The position numbers and the translations under genes are program-made. A stretch of DNA of 64,000 bases, from contig NC_083424.1 of NCBI RefSeq assembly GCF_020745735.1, positions 37,248,999 to 37,312,998 on the forward strand, given 5' to 3'. Source of the DNA: Hemiscyllium ocellatum. Its lineage: Eukaryota. Shown piece by piece: positions 11,493 to 23,829 of the stretch (the first letter of the stretch is position 1; each line of letters begins with the position of its first letter). The notes beneath the pieces are model-generated. The model worked only from the letters and a program-made list of their open reading frames with translations, had not been told where the DNA came from and ran no database searches.

Positions 11493-12877
11493 CATCTAAT
11501 AGCATTATGTAGTCTCACAGCAAGCCAGATCTGGATTTCCTACCCGTGCTTCCTTTTCTGACAATTGTTGCCCACATGGGATGAGGAGAGGGGTTGCATA
11601 TCTTTACACAGAATTACCACACCTGCTACGTTTATCATTGGGATGGGCTGTTCAAAGCACCTCTGTTCCCGAACATTTTATGAGGTTGAAACTTTTCCTT
11701 AAGTATACATGTCCCATCGCATTTTGAGACAGTGAATCACTTGGGAACCCAGTCCTATGTGCAGAATGAAAAATAAGGTGCCATCTGCTCCTGAAATTAT
11801 TTGACTGATAATGCATTTGCTTTGAAATTATTTTGAAATACAAAACAAACTTTTAATTTCAATACCACGATGTCCTGTTCACTGCAGTGATCGATATTTA
11901 AAAGGCTCTGCCCTAAGGTAAGCTGAGCATTATACTGATCAGCAGTTTGGATGTGTTAGAGTACTTTTCCCATTGGTAAATGTGCTATTATGTGTTCAAA
12001 ACCTAAGAAAACCATATTTGGGAACTCTAGTGCAATTATATGAAGTATTTTAAATGCTTTATATCTAAAAATCCAATTGTTCTGCAGCTTACATTGACTG
12101 AAAACAAAAGCTCCTGGAATACTTTGATTGAAAGGCCATCTGGTATAGCTTATGAAAAAAACTAGTCATTTGTTTTTCTAGATTCAATAGATTATGTTGT
12201 TTTCAGCAGTTTCACTTCTTCAATTTTTTTTCTCACATCCATTACAAACACTGTTGAATATAGCTACACATATTTTGTGGTCTGGGTATCATGGATATTG
12301 GACATATGGCTATGGAGGAGACAGAGAGGTCATAGGCATGTGAGGAACATTGAGGGTGAAAGATGAATCATGAGGGCTGGCTGGAGGGTGAGTGGTGAGG
12401 ATTCGAGGGATTAACATTAAATTCGTTAACTGTCTCAACTGCCAATGTCCCTGTAAATGAAGGTAAGTGTTCCAGCCTATGGATATTGGCATTCACCCTC
12501 TTGCACAACCATCTCAGGTCTCCCTGGAGATGCAGTGAGTCTGACGCCATCCACCCCTGCCTCTCAAGACCAAAAATATGGTGGAACCTATCCTCCTCCT
12601 CCTCCTCATTTACTGAAAACCAATCTAATTTGTTAATGACTAGTTGATAGCTTTGCTCAGTGGGGAGAGTTATGAACTTAAGAGCAATTAACTCTTGCAA
12701 TTTTAATCACTTGTGCCAATAAACATCCTTGGTATATATTTGTAGCTGAAGTTTGCCTTCCAAGACTTTGAAGCTTTCTCACTGAAATATCAATTCAGAG
12801 TGCACAATTCAAAAGTGAAAGGGATAAATGAAACCGGGGTAACAATTCACCAATCCATGAAGCTCAAAACAAGCAGC

Positions 12878-13121
12878 TAGATTCCCTACAGTGTGGAAAC
12901 AGGCCCTTTGGCCAAACAAGTCCACACCAACCCTCTGAAGAGCAGCCCATCCCCCTCTGATTAATGCACCTAACACTATGAGCAATTTAACATGGCCAAT
13001 TCACTGGGCCTGCACATCTTTGGACTGTGGGAGGAAACCCACGTAGACAGTCCTGAGATTGAACGTGGGACCCTGGTGCTGTGAGGCAGCAATGCTAACC
13101 ACTGAGCTACCATGCCACCCC
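12878..13121 (-). mobile_element. HE1 SINE, internally deleted
   Basis: TAGATTCCCTACAGTGTGGAAACAGGCCC tail, partial V-domain, tRNA head GGTGGCATGGTAGCTCAGTGGTTAGC on the minus strand. Confidence 0.85.
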
Positions 13122-13749
13122 CAAAAGAAAGAACATGATCAGAGATAAGGATTAAATTCAACACTTTAGCAATTACATTCAAACATTGTAGCGAAGAGGA
13201 GTTATGAATAGACTGAAAAAAATGAGAAAGTGATGGAAACATAGAAAATGTCTCAGAAGGAAGCACATTCAAAATATTGAGGAAATAGAGGAAGAATCAA
13301 GATTTCCCCATGCACCCAGCTCAACCAGCTGTGCACTAAATAGAAATAAAACATTTAATTTGACCACACAATAAGGCATCTCAAGAGCTTTGTGTAAAAA
13401 TGTCAAACTACAGTTCAATTGTGTATAATGAAACCCATGTGACAAAGATCTGATGGGACGTTGAAGTGGAAAGCTGTACTGTCTTATTAGCATTTGACGT
13501 CGGATACTTTGGAAGAAAATTATGCTGATAAATAATTCCATATATACCCATTCTTATGAGAATTGCTAATTCAACTTCAAAAATTATTTGCCAGAGATGA
13601 TTTTTAAACCCTAGGTATTCCACACATAGCTGGTTTGGGAAAGTGTGCAAAAATTGATAATCTGTACAATTTTTACATAAATATCATTTATCAATGATTA
13701 GATACTGTCAGTGATTTGGAATGAGTGCCTTAACAGTGAACTGTAACAT

Positions 13750-13803
13750 TGATAGACAAACAGATAGATGGATAGGCAGATAGACAGATGAGTAGACAGG
13801 TAG
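13750..13803. repeat. Degenerate (GATA/GACA)n microsatellite
   Basis: GATAGACAAACAGATAGATGGATAGGCAGATAGACAGATG.. Confidence 0.75.
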
Positions 13804-14725
13804 AAAATAGGTTTATTGAAGAAAATGATCGCGGCAGCAAGTGCTAAATTGTGTGCAAACGAAACAAGTTATAGACAATCATGAAATAAAAATGTATAAA
13901 ATAACAAACGGAATATACAATGGTGATAATTTCAGTAAACAAACAATTAGAACAAAATGCAGGTCTCCTCGATTTACAGGACATAAAAAGTGTACTGCAC
14001 TCTATGTTTTGCATGAAAGGTCACAAGTCATGCGTTATCATTAATCATGCAAAAAGGAAATGAAGTCATGATTGTAAAATACAGTATTCAAACTCAGCAA
14101 CAGGGGTCACAAAGAGCAATGAGATAAATGACCAGATAATGGCCTTGAAATTCTGCTCTGTCGTGCCACTAACGCTTCAAGATGCCCAAAGTAAAAAAAA
14201 TCTCTATAGAAATGCTTCCAATCGTTTCTAGAGTGACCCATATGATACACTCTGACTATAGGTGTAGCAAATGATAGTGTGACTTGGATGTATGTCAAAA
14301 TCACACATAGTGTGATCAAACTGCCTCTCACACTGATTTGGGAAATGAGCTACGATGTGGAAGCATGTGGATCCTACTAATATCCTTTCTTTATCATTCC
14401 CAGTTGGATCTGTGTTAAGGTGCAAAAGGCACCAACCCAACTTCTGCAACACTATGCAAAAGGTGAGGATTTTTTGACCTTCTTTTGATGATGTAGATTT
14501 ATTGCAAGTTTTATTCCAAATTTTATCCCAGAGGGGGAGAATGTTTTTTTGAAAAAAACCATCAAGAGTTGGAAATGAATGTACTTGTCATAATGGAACA
14601 CAATTTTGAGGTGCGCGGTATATATTGCAGGTCAAGCCAGTATTCAATAGTTGCACTGCTTTTCTCCTTCTGGAATTGGAGGTGTTTCACAAATCTTTTA
14701 GATTTAGGAGGGAGTGGCACCTGGA

Positions 14726-14985
14726 TACTCACCCACTACAGAGGTGTGTGGGTGACCGACATCCGGGTACTCACCCACTACAGAGGTGTGGGGGTGACCG
14801 ACATTAGGGTACTCACCCACTACAGAGGTGTGGGGGTGACCGACATCCGGGTACTCACCCACTACAGAGGTGCGTGCGTGACCGACATTAGGGTACTCAC
14901 CCACTACAGAGGTGTGGGGGTGACCGACATCCGGGTACTCACCCACTACAGAGGTGTGTGGGTGACCGACATTAGGGTACTCACC
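14726..14985. repeat. 42-bp minisatellite, about 6.2 copies, with 84-bp higher-order structure
   Basis: Unit TCACCCACTACAGAGGTGTGKGGGTGACCGACAT(CCG/TAG)GGTAC. The CCG and TAG variants alternate strictly. Confidence 0.97.
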
Positions 14986-16884
14986 AGCTGCAGACACCTG
15001 ACCCTGGCTACCCAAAGTGACCAGCTGACTGTTCTCAAGCCCCTACACCAATATCAGAGACTACAATGATTGACTGTGCTGGGACCTTCTGATTGGAGTG
15101 TGTCTTCCTTGACATGGCTGAGCACCAGTTATCTCAAACTTCAAGACATGGTCATTTGAGAAAAGGTAATGCAGTGTGTTTGCCATCTAAGCTGCGGCAC
15201 ATGTTGCAGGTGTAACATTGACATAGCACAGAGACATGCAACAACATGTCCACACCCTTGACTGGTGACTGCTAACAACCATGACTAGCTGCCTGGCTTT
15301 GTGCCGACTATGAAAGGCTACCCAGATCAAGGCAGAGCTGTCGTGAGCATGTGAGCGAATGAGTATGAGGAGAGCAAGTGAGGAGAACCAAGATGCACCT
15401 GGTCTAAACTCTGAGCTGGGTGCCTCTCCCTGCAATTAAAGTGTCCTTGCAGCAGAAAGGTGCAACAGTGAAAAGTGCTTGTGTACTTTAAAGTGCACCA
15501 TTAAAGTGTACAAGCGTGTTATAGGTAGGTCGGAGGTGTGTATGACAATGCAGAGAGACTGGAATGTGTCAGATACCAGTGTCCGTGGAAGTGGGATGCA
15601 TGCAGTCTCTGCCCTGAAGCATCCCCTGAGATGATGGTGCTGGGTGTCCATGATGGAGATCTACAAGGAGCAAGTAGTGAGTTGCAGTCACTAAGTACAT
15701 ACTCTGACTTCCATGTCAGGAATTCTCAGTGTCAAGTTTCCATCCTGACATGGAGAAAAATAGGGGCCTACATGTTAAAGAGGCAAGATTCTGTCTGAAT
15801 GAGGGTGATGAAGGGCTCCCGAGCAAGAATTTCCTCTCAATATCTGGAATGCTGTTGGAACATGTGACTTCTTGCTCCCTACATCAAGAAAGACCTCATT
15901 TGACTCCTCAAATCAATCTCCCACATTGGTCACCTTGTAAGATTGCCAAATATCTCACTCACTTGCCTCACGCATACTATCACACGCATAAAGATTAGAT
16001 ACAAATGAAGGCAGACTCTTCAATTATAACTTATAGACATGTCAGGCCTGTAGTTTCTTGGATGCATTGGTACTTTCATTGAAGTTAAGCTCTTGTAAAA
16101 TCAAGGATCTCAGTAAGCTGCAAGGCTTCATGTAGTCAAAATTTCAGGGTACTGATTCTCAGGTGAACTTGAAGTTGGGAGTGATTGGGAGGACTTGTGA
16201 TTTACAGGCAGCTGGTAATTTTGCATCTGAACCATCCATTCAATTGAAATTGTTGGTTTGAATAAGTTTCTGGAAAGTGTATTGAGTCAGTATTAGTTCC
16301 TTTTGGACCCTCTTGAGACAGGAGGGGTATTTCAACTCAGCAGAGGAATCAGGTAATCCATAAGGAACCACATTTGTGCAGCCAATAGTGGCCAGTTTTT
16401 AAAATGTAAAAATTAAAATGAAGTTCAGAGTGTATTCGAGCATGAAGCTATTCACACTTTTACTTTTCTTCATGTCTGTCTCTTAGTATCTTTGCAGCTT
16501 AGTGGGTCCAGCTTTGAATTGTGCCACCATGGCCTGGCCTGGCAGCAGCCTGGCCTGGCTGATGGAGTGGCTTTATTACTACCATGAAAGCTATCAGGCC
16601 AGAGAAAAACATGGTTCGAACACCATGGAGGTACTCACTGGCGTATTCCTCCACGTGCTTTCTTGCAATGTCTTACTAAAATTCTGAAGCAGTTCTTGCA
16701 GCTCTCTTTTAAGAAGGGTAGGCCTTCTTTACCAACCATGTGCCTACATGGTTCCTCAATGAGCATGGAGCCAGTCAACAGCTCATTTAATCCTGGTCTG
16801 CATGTTATATTAATATCGATAAGTGGGGTCAATATTGAATCTAATCTCCTTTTCTTCCCCTGAAATATGTTTCATTTACATTCG

Positions 16885-17128
16885 ATGAGAGGCAAGTGTT
16901 GGCCATTACCCCATGAGATCCCTATCATTCTTCAATTTGTGCAACTGGATCTTTATATCTGATTAGGATATGACACATCCAAATGTCAGCACTTCTGTCA
17001 TTGTATCATGATCTCAATCCCACGCTGAAAAGTCTATCTGGTTTATGTCCTCAGTCTCTCGAGTGAGACTTAAATCCATAGGCTTCTGTTAGATGCAACA
17101 GTATTATCAATGACCCAAGACTGACACA
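16885..17128 (-). mobile_element. Ancient SacSINE1/DeuSINE-like SINE
   Basis: Minus strand reads AGTCTCACTCGAGAGACTGAGGACATAAA..CAGATATAAAGATCCAGTTGCACAAATTGAAGAATGATAGGGATCTC. This resembles the Deu-domain consensus as I recall it, but is highly diverged. Confidence 0.55.
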
Positions 17129-18019
17129 CAAACTGCAGATGAGGAGTCACTCTTGCTGGACTCTGTAAAGAATTTCATGCAATCGCAGTGCCAATCCATT
17201 GGATCTTATGGACACTCTATAAAGTTAAGGTAGCTTATATAAATGTTTCGGAGTGTGAAACAGGCCACGCATCAGTAAGCATGTGCAAATCTCCCTGCTG
17301 ACTTCAAGCAGCTGACAACCAAGCAGTTAAAACAAAGTGGTGCCCCCTGTGAATTAATAGGAAATTAGTAACCAGTATAAACTGCGGCCCTAACAGCGAT
17401 TTTAAATCTAAGAGATACAGCAAAGGACCTACAACAACAGAATAGCAATTAACTGTTCATGTAACTAAATATTTGACATCCTGTTCTAGCAGAGAGTGAT
17501 CAGAAAATTCTTCAACCTTCTTGTGAATTAATTTCAAATCCAACACTGATAGACTTGCTCATGATTTAGCATTCGTTACTTAATACCAACTTAAAAGAGT
17601 AATTATACTTAGTTTGAAACAGCCACAAAACATAATTTCTTCAAGTATCTAATAGAAAAATACAACAAAGTTAACATAAAAAATTGGAATAAGATGTGGT
17701 AATAAATCAGAATATGCTTAAGGAGGATTGGAATCATATCAGAATATTTGATGCCAAAACATTTTGCTGTAGTTTTCAAGTGCATGAATTTATGTTTGCT
17801 GTTTTGAATATGTCTAGGTGATTTATATGGGAAATATCTTGCAAATAGTCCACATATGCCTTTCAAAATTAAAAAAAGCAGTCTCTTTATAATATTGAGA
17901 TTATAAATTCATTACCGTTCTAGAGAGGAGCACATCTACCTGTAACTTATACCTGAGCCAACATTATTAGTTTTTTCATGAGTTCGCTCTTTGAAGGTAG
18001 GTCTGATCCATAGCCCCCA

Positions 18020-18282
18020 CCATAATCCCACTTCCATCAAGAAGGACAAGCATAGTGGATACATGGAAACACCGTCAATTCCACTTGAAGCCACTCACTG
18101 TGCTGACTTGGAAATTTATTGTTGTTTCTGTCACTGTCACTGGCTCAAACTTCTGCAGTTCCCTTCCTAACTATATTGTGGGTCTACCTATAGCGGCTCC
18201 CCCCAACCTTCTCAAGGGCAATTAGGGACAGGCAGTAAATGCTGGCCTCACCAGAGAGGCCCATGTCCCATGAGTGTATAAA
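18020..18282 (+). mobile_element. CR1/L2-group LINE 3' end (second family, partner of SINE family B)
   Basis: CTTCTCAAGGGCAATTAGGGACAGGCAGTAAATGCTGGCCTCACCAG..CCCATGA end, preceded by RT C-terminal-like sequence. Confidence 0.65.
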
Positions 18283-18499
18283 CCAACACAGGAAAAGCAA
18301 GGAGTCAGGTTCCCAGAGCACATCAGCTAGAAGGGAAACCAAACTCCATATTGTCAGGAACTATCTGATCCACCATCTGTCCAGTCAACTGAGATAACTG
18401 ATTTCCCCCACACCCTGCCCTGAGGATTTCAGGTTGCAGTAGCAACAAACATGCTGTAGCTTGTAGGTGTGGATGGTGATGGTCTAAGTTCCAATTTCA

Positions 18500-18688
18500 T
18501 TCGATCATTTGGCTGATACTCCGATTCTTACCCTTGGCATGTGTTGAAAGGATTGGTACCTTGGTACTCGATCTACTTGGCCACATTGTGAATGTACCTT
18601 TCTTAGCCTGCAAGCCCTGAAGTGGAATATGAACCAGAGTCTCTGGCTCAGGAGCAGGTATGTTAGCCACTGTGTCACAGGATCCCAT
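18500..18688 (-). mobile_element. Degraded tRNA-derived SINE (third family)
   Basis: Minus strand TGGGATCCTGTGACACAGTGGCTAAC..CTGGTTCATATTCCAC has A/B-box-like spacing. A related head lies at 24480-24580. Confidence 0.5.
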
Positions 18689-18824
18689 TAATAACTGTTA
18701 TGAGTAAAATTATCAAGAAATTGCTCACTGCAAATTCTGATATTTTACTGCAAATTTTTAAATAGCATGCAGAAGTGCAAAGATGTGGCCTGCAATAATT
18801 CAAGCTGTAAAAAAAAAATTATGA

Positions 18825-19053
18825 AGGACATGAGGGGCAACTTTTTTTGTGCAGAGAGCAGCTTGTGTGGGGAATGGAGAGGAACTGGTGGATGGAGGTA
18901 CAGTTGCAACATTTAAAAGACATTTGGATAAGTTCATCAATAGAAAAGGTTGGAAGATATAGGCCAAGCACAATTTAGTCTGAGAACACATTTGACATGG
19001 ACCGGTTGGACCAAAGTGTCTGTTTCTAAACTGTATGACTCTATGACTCTATC
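18825..19053 (+). mobile_element. HER1/CR1 LINE 3' end
   Basis: MRGNFFVQRAACV..TVATFKRHLDKFIN translation and a (CTATGACT)n tail. Confidence 0.85.
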
Positions 19054-19089
19054 ATTCAAATGGTGCTTGCTGACAGAGATTTCAGTACA

Positions 19090-19415
19090 TCTGAGGTATA
19101 TAAGGTTATGAGGTGCATGAACATGATGTATAGGAAACAGCTGTTCCCTTTATTTGAAGGGCCAATAACAAGGGAGCATCATTTTAAGGTGAAAGGATTT
19201 GAAGAAAACCTTTTTCACCCAGGGGTTGGTGGGAGTCTGGATTGCAATGTCTGCAAGGACAGTAGAGGCAGGAAACATCACAATCTGTAAAAAGTAGATG
19301 AATGAGCAACTGAAATATTATAACATTCAACCAAGTTTTGGAAAGTGGATTAGGATAGATAGTTTAAACTTTCTGAACCAAAGGGGCTCTTTCTGCACTG
19401 AATGACACTGTGACA
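19090..19415 (+). mobile_element. CR1 LINE 3' fragment
   Basis: EVYKVMR..QLFPLFEGPITREHHFKVKG translation. Confidence 0.75.
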
Positions 19416-20269
19416 TACCAAGAGTGGATCGAAAGTAGAATCCCTAGCAACTCAAAGCATAAAGCAACTGAACGTACAGATGTGATGGTGATGTGCTTAA
19501 AAACAAGTGCTTTCAGACTATTAACAAAAAATAATAATTTTACACCTTGCGCATAGTTTTAGATATTTAGCAAGTTACCTGTATAAGGTAATGACAGGTT
19601 CTTATATATAGTTAGACTCGATGCCAGATTCTCAAGTGAATAAGTAATTAACTGAAATAATCATGTAAACTGAACTGTAATCACATTCACAAGGAATACG
19701 TTTATGCTCTCATTACCAATAACACCAAGAGGAAATCTTTTTCCCGTGTTTATAAATAGCTTTAAACTAAGATTACATCAGCTTGGGAGGATGTCTAAAC
19801 ACCAATGGATTTTTAAACAGACAATTTTTTTAAAAAAGTTACAGGGAGTTCCCAGCTGGTTGAAATAATAATATGACAACCTTACAAACAACCGTTCGAG
19901 TAACCAATTATAAGTTTCCTTTGCTCACAGATATGTTAAAGACGCAAACAGTTGTGGAAACTGAATCACAGAGACCCCACATAAACCTGACGCTGGGATT
20001 GCCATTCACAATGAACCCATACCCATTGACTGCAATTGAACTGGTATTTTAGCTCCGTGCTGCCTGCTCATTTGGGTGATCTTCATGTGCAGCTAGTGCT
20101 AACTATGCTGCTTTCTTTAGTTTTTTCATTAGTTGATGACCAATATTGTAAGTGCTTGCATCACAGTGCCTGCACAGCTTAAGCTGATTGTACCGTTTAA
20201 AAGGGAAGTGCATTTTCGCTTATGCAAGTGCTGACAGTTATCATTGAGGGGAATATGACCTGAGAAGGA

Positions 20270-20497
20270 GTGAAGGGAAAAAGAGTTCACCCTAAGAATT
20301 TTGGATATTATGCTGGAGGCTTTAGTGGAGAAATTGCAAAAGGGATACATTTCCTGAGTCTGCAGGAAGGCAGAATGGAGAGAGGTAGGATATATTCTGA
20401 GAATAACCTTGGAGGGTCATGTCAGGAGGTAAGTTCCAAAGATCTGGATACAGGGCTGCAGGGAGTTTAAAGACCTCATGAGTGATCAAGGTCAGTG
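20270..20497 (+). pseudogene. PIF/Harbinger Myb/SANT-like ORF fossil
   Basis: Broken frames give LDIMLEALVEKLQK and PKIWIQGCREFKDLMS. These resemble the LEALVxEV...RTWxQCRKKFNDL pattern of Harbinger DNA-binding proteins. Confidence 0.5.
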
Positions 20498-20564
20498 ACT
20501 GTATCTTCAAATGTCATAACTGGCACTTAATGAGCCACTGCTGAAAGCACCACAGCCCAAACAC

Positions 20565-21230
20565 TTTTCTTTATTCAGTCATGGAATGTGGCTAGGTCAG
20601 CATTTGTCAACAATGCCTAATTTTCCTTGAGAAGGTGTTGAGCCATTTTCTTGAATCCATTTGGTGTAGGTGCACTTATAGTCCTGTTAGTGTGGAGGGG
20701 TGGAGTTTCCTATATTACTGTTGGGGTGTGAGGAGTTTCACGAGATTGATCCAAACAATGAAGGAACGGCAATATATTTCCAAATCTGCATGGTATTTGG
20801 AAAGGAACTTGCAGCTGATGATTTTCCCATGTATCTACTGGCTTTGTCCTTCTAAATAGCAGAGGTCACAGGTATGGATGGGCTGTCAAAGAAGTTTTGG
20901 GTGACTTGCACCTTATGGATAGTGTACACCACTAGCACAGTGCATCGATGATGGAGAGAATGAACGTTGAAGGCAATGGATGGAATTCCAGTCAAGTGGA
21001 TTGCTTTATCCTAAATGACACAAGTTTCTTTAGTATTGTTGGATCAGCACACACCCAGTCAAGTGGACGGTATTCCATCACACTCCTAATTTGTGTCTTA
21101 TACATGGTGGGTAGTCTTTGGGGAGTGAGGTGGTGAGTTATTCACTGCAGAGTCCCCAGCCTTTTGACCAGTTGTTTGACCAGTATGTAGATGGTTGCCC
21201 ATGTGCAGTTTCTCGTCAGTAGGTTATTAG
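20565..21230 (-). mobile_element. CR1/L2-group LINE 3' fragment, degraded
   Basis: Reverse-complement tail CAGCATTTG..CCTAATTTTCCTTGAGAAGG, of the same type as 18213-18280. Confidence 0.6.
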
Positions 21231-21639
21231 TGGTCACCACCCCCACCCCCCCGCCCACTCTCTTCCAAATTTTATGTAGTGCAAGTACACACCTTGCACT
21301 TTTCTTCCAAACACCTCCAAATACACTACAGCCATATCCTTGGGCTTCTTTAAAAAATCAGATTCCCAAGTTGACTAGGCAGTAACAGCACGATGATGAT
21401 GACACAGTGCCATCACTCAGAAAACTGGCACTAGGTGTAGTGAGACGCTCGATAGAAATGACCAACTAGAAGGTGAAGAAAAGCACAGGTGCCAACTTGC
21501 CAGAGGTTGAGGTCACAGCACGTCCCACTCAGATTAAGACATCACTGGCACAGAAGAAAGCTACTGTTTACACAACATCCAATGCTTGATGTATTGGGAA
21601 GCCTGCTGAAAGGTCAATGCCGAGGAAGTAAGAGGTCCA

Positions 21640-22255
21640 GCAACAACTTTAGAAAGGGCTACATATGGACCTTGGTCCCCAGCCTTTCAGGCTTGGAAGT
21701 GTTAGACCTCAGCTGGAGTAAACTGCACAGTTGAGGCAACCTCATTCAAGGGAAGATATGAATGCATTGGAGTGAGTGCAGAAGCAATTTATAAGAAGAG
21801 TGCCAGGAATGAGAAACTTTAGTCATGAGGATTGACTGTTGAAATTGGAACTGCTTTCCTTGAAGAGAAGGCAGCTGAGAGGAGACTTGATGGAGAATTT
21901 CAAAATGATGAGTAGGCTGGATGGAAGAGGCAAGCAGAAACTGTTCCCATTCATAGAAAGAACAAAAAGAGGTCATAGTTTTAAAATGATGTGCAAATGA
22001 AGTAAGGGTGACATGAGAAGCCTTTTCATACAGCGAATAGTTAGAGTATGCACTGCTGGAAATGTGGTGGAGAGAGATTCAGTTGAGGCATTCAAAGGGG
22101 TATTAGATGATTATTTGGATAGAATTAGTGTGCAGGGATGTGGGGAAAAACAACAGGAGGATTTGCAGTAGGGAATGATACTCATTTGAAGAGCTGGTGC
22201 AAGCACAAGGGGCCAAATGTCCTCCATCTGCACTATAGGAATTCTGCAATTCTGT
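21640..22255 (+). mobile_element. CR1 LINE 3' fragment
   Basis: VRPQLE..KDMNALE.VQKQF..LRGDL..KLFP..GHSFK-like translation and a GGGCCAAATG..CTCC terminal motif. Confidence 0.75.
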
Positions 22256-22562
22256 GTAGTCAACTCTCTGTGTGTAGCTGTGGACCATGACAGCTATAGG
22301 TTCCAGTGCACAAAGAATGTCCCAAAAGGACTTACAGCAGTGTTGCAGCAACCTCACACACTGTCTTTTGACAAATGAATGTGATTTTCAAGATGCAACC
22401 CTTACAGCATGCGCCCCCCCCCCCCTCCCCCCCACCTCCAGCGGGGAGCAATAGTTCCATGGAGCAGCAGTCTGCAAGGTAACCAGCATCATCCCAGTGT
22501 GTCCCTTCGCCTGTTCGCTTGCAGTTCTCCAGGACAGTCTGCAGGCAGGCCTTCCAAAACCC

Positions 22563-23428
22563 GGGTGAAGGTCAGGATTGCTGATGCTGGAGAGTAGAGT
22601 GTTGTGCTGGAAAAGCACAGCAGGTCAGGCAGCATCCAAGCAGCAGGAAAATCAACATTTTCGGCAAAAGACCTTCATCAGGAATGAGGCTGGGAGCCTC
22701 GGGGGAGGGGGTGGGGGGGTGGAGAGGTAAATGGGAGAGGGTGAGGCTTGGGGGAAGGTGGGTGAGAGTGTAATAGGTGGATGGAGGCGGGGGTAAAGGT
22801 GATAGGTCGGAGAGGAGGGTGGAGCAGATAGGTGGGAAGGAAGATGGACAGATGGACAGGTCATGAGGACGGTGCTGAGCTGGAAGGTTGAAACCGGGGT
22901 AAGGTGGGGGAAGGGTAATGAGGAAATTAGTGAAGTTCATATTAATGCCCTGGGGCTGGTGGGTCCCGAGGCGGAAGGTGAGGCGTTCTTCCTCCAGGTG
23001 TCAGATGGTAAGGGGTGGAGGAGGCCCAGGACCTGCATGTCCTCAGCAGAGTGGGAGGGAGTTGAAGCGTTCGACCATGGGGCAGTGGAGTTGATTGGTG
23101 CAGGTGTCTGAGAGATGTTCTCTAAAGCGCTCTGCGTGTAGGCGTCCTGTCTCCCCAAGGTAGAGGAAACCACATTGGGAGCAGCGGATACAGTAAATGA
23201 CATGTGTGGAAGTGCAGGTGAAACTTTGATGGATGTGGAAGGCTCCTTTGTGGCCTTGTATGGACCTAAGAGGGAGGAGGCATGGGCGCAGGCTTTGCAA
23301 TTCCTGCAGTGGCCGGGAAAGGTGCCAGGACGGGAGGGTGGGTTGTTAGGGGGTGTGGACCTGACCAGGTAGTCGTGGAGGAAATGGTCTTTACGGGAAG
23401 CGAATAGGGGTAGGGAGGGAAACATATC
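22563..23428 (-). mobile_element. Penelope-like element, 5'-truncated (GIY-YIG endonuclease and terminal repeat)
   Basis: IQGHKGAFHIHQSFTCTSTHVIYCIRCSQCGFLYLGETGRLHAERFREH translation. Terminal sequence carries a degenerate hammerhead at 22650-22686. Confidence 0.9.
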
Positions 23429-23829
23429 ACTGTTCACAAAGCGGATGTCCAGACTTGATCAAAGTCATTCTCCAGCCTCTTGCGCTGTCTTGCCTGCTGA
23501 GATTAGCCCAGCTTCCCACCCGCCAGGCTCCGATCTCTGAGGTTGTACTCAGATGGACAAAGACACATGGAAGACACGTAGAGAGGGAATTCATCAAGAT
23601 AATTGGTTGCATTATGCATGCAATAAAGCTCAACTCTGTTTAGAAATTTGGTTTGAAGGTTTCTTTTGTGCTGGCTATTATTTTTACAGGGTAGTCAAAC
23701 AGGCAATGTGGCTCACTGAGGGAAGGCAGTTTGGTTGGTGGATGGAGAATTGGGTTTGCTGTTAATTTGTATAAACTCTTCAGCGGTCGAAAAAGGCAGT
23801 CCAGGATCTGCCTCCTCCTCTTTCACATA

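Noticed and set aside
14726-14985. CRISPR-like array, interstitial telomere, or 166-aa repeat protein
   Set aside because: Units are contiguous with no unique spacers and no cas genes, in a eukaryotic context. TTAGGG occurs only as isolated hexamers. The ORF follows from the 42-bp period.
17338-17353. CTCF-like motif TGGTGCCCCCTGTG
   Set aside because: Only half of the core consensus matches.
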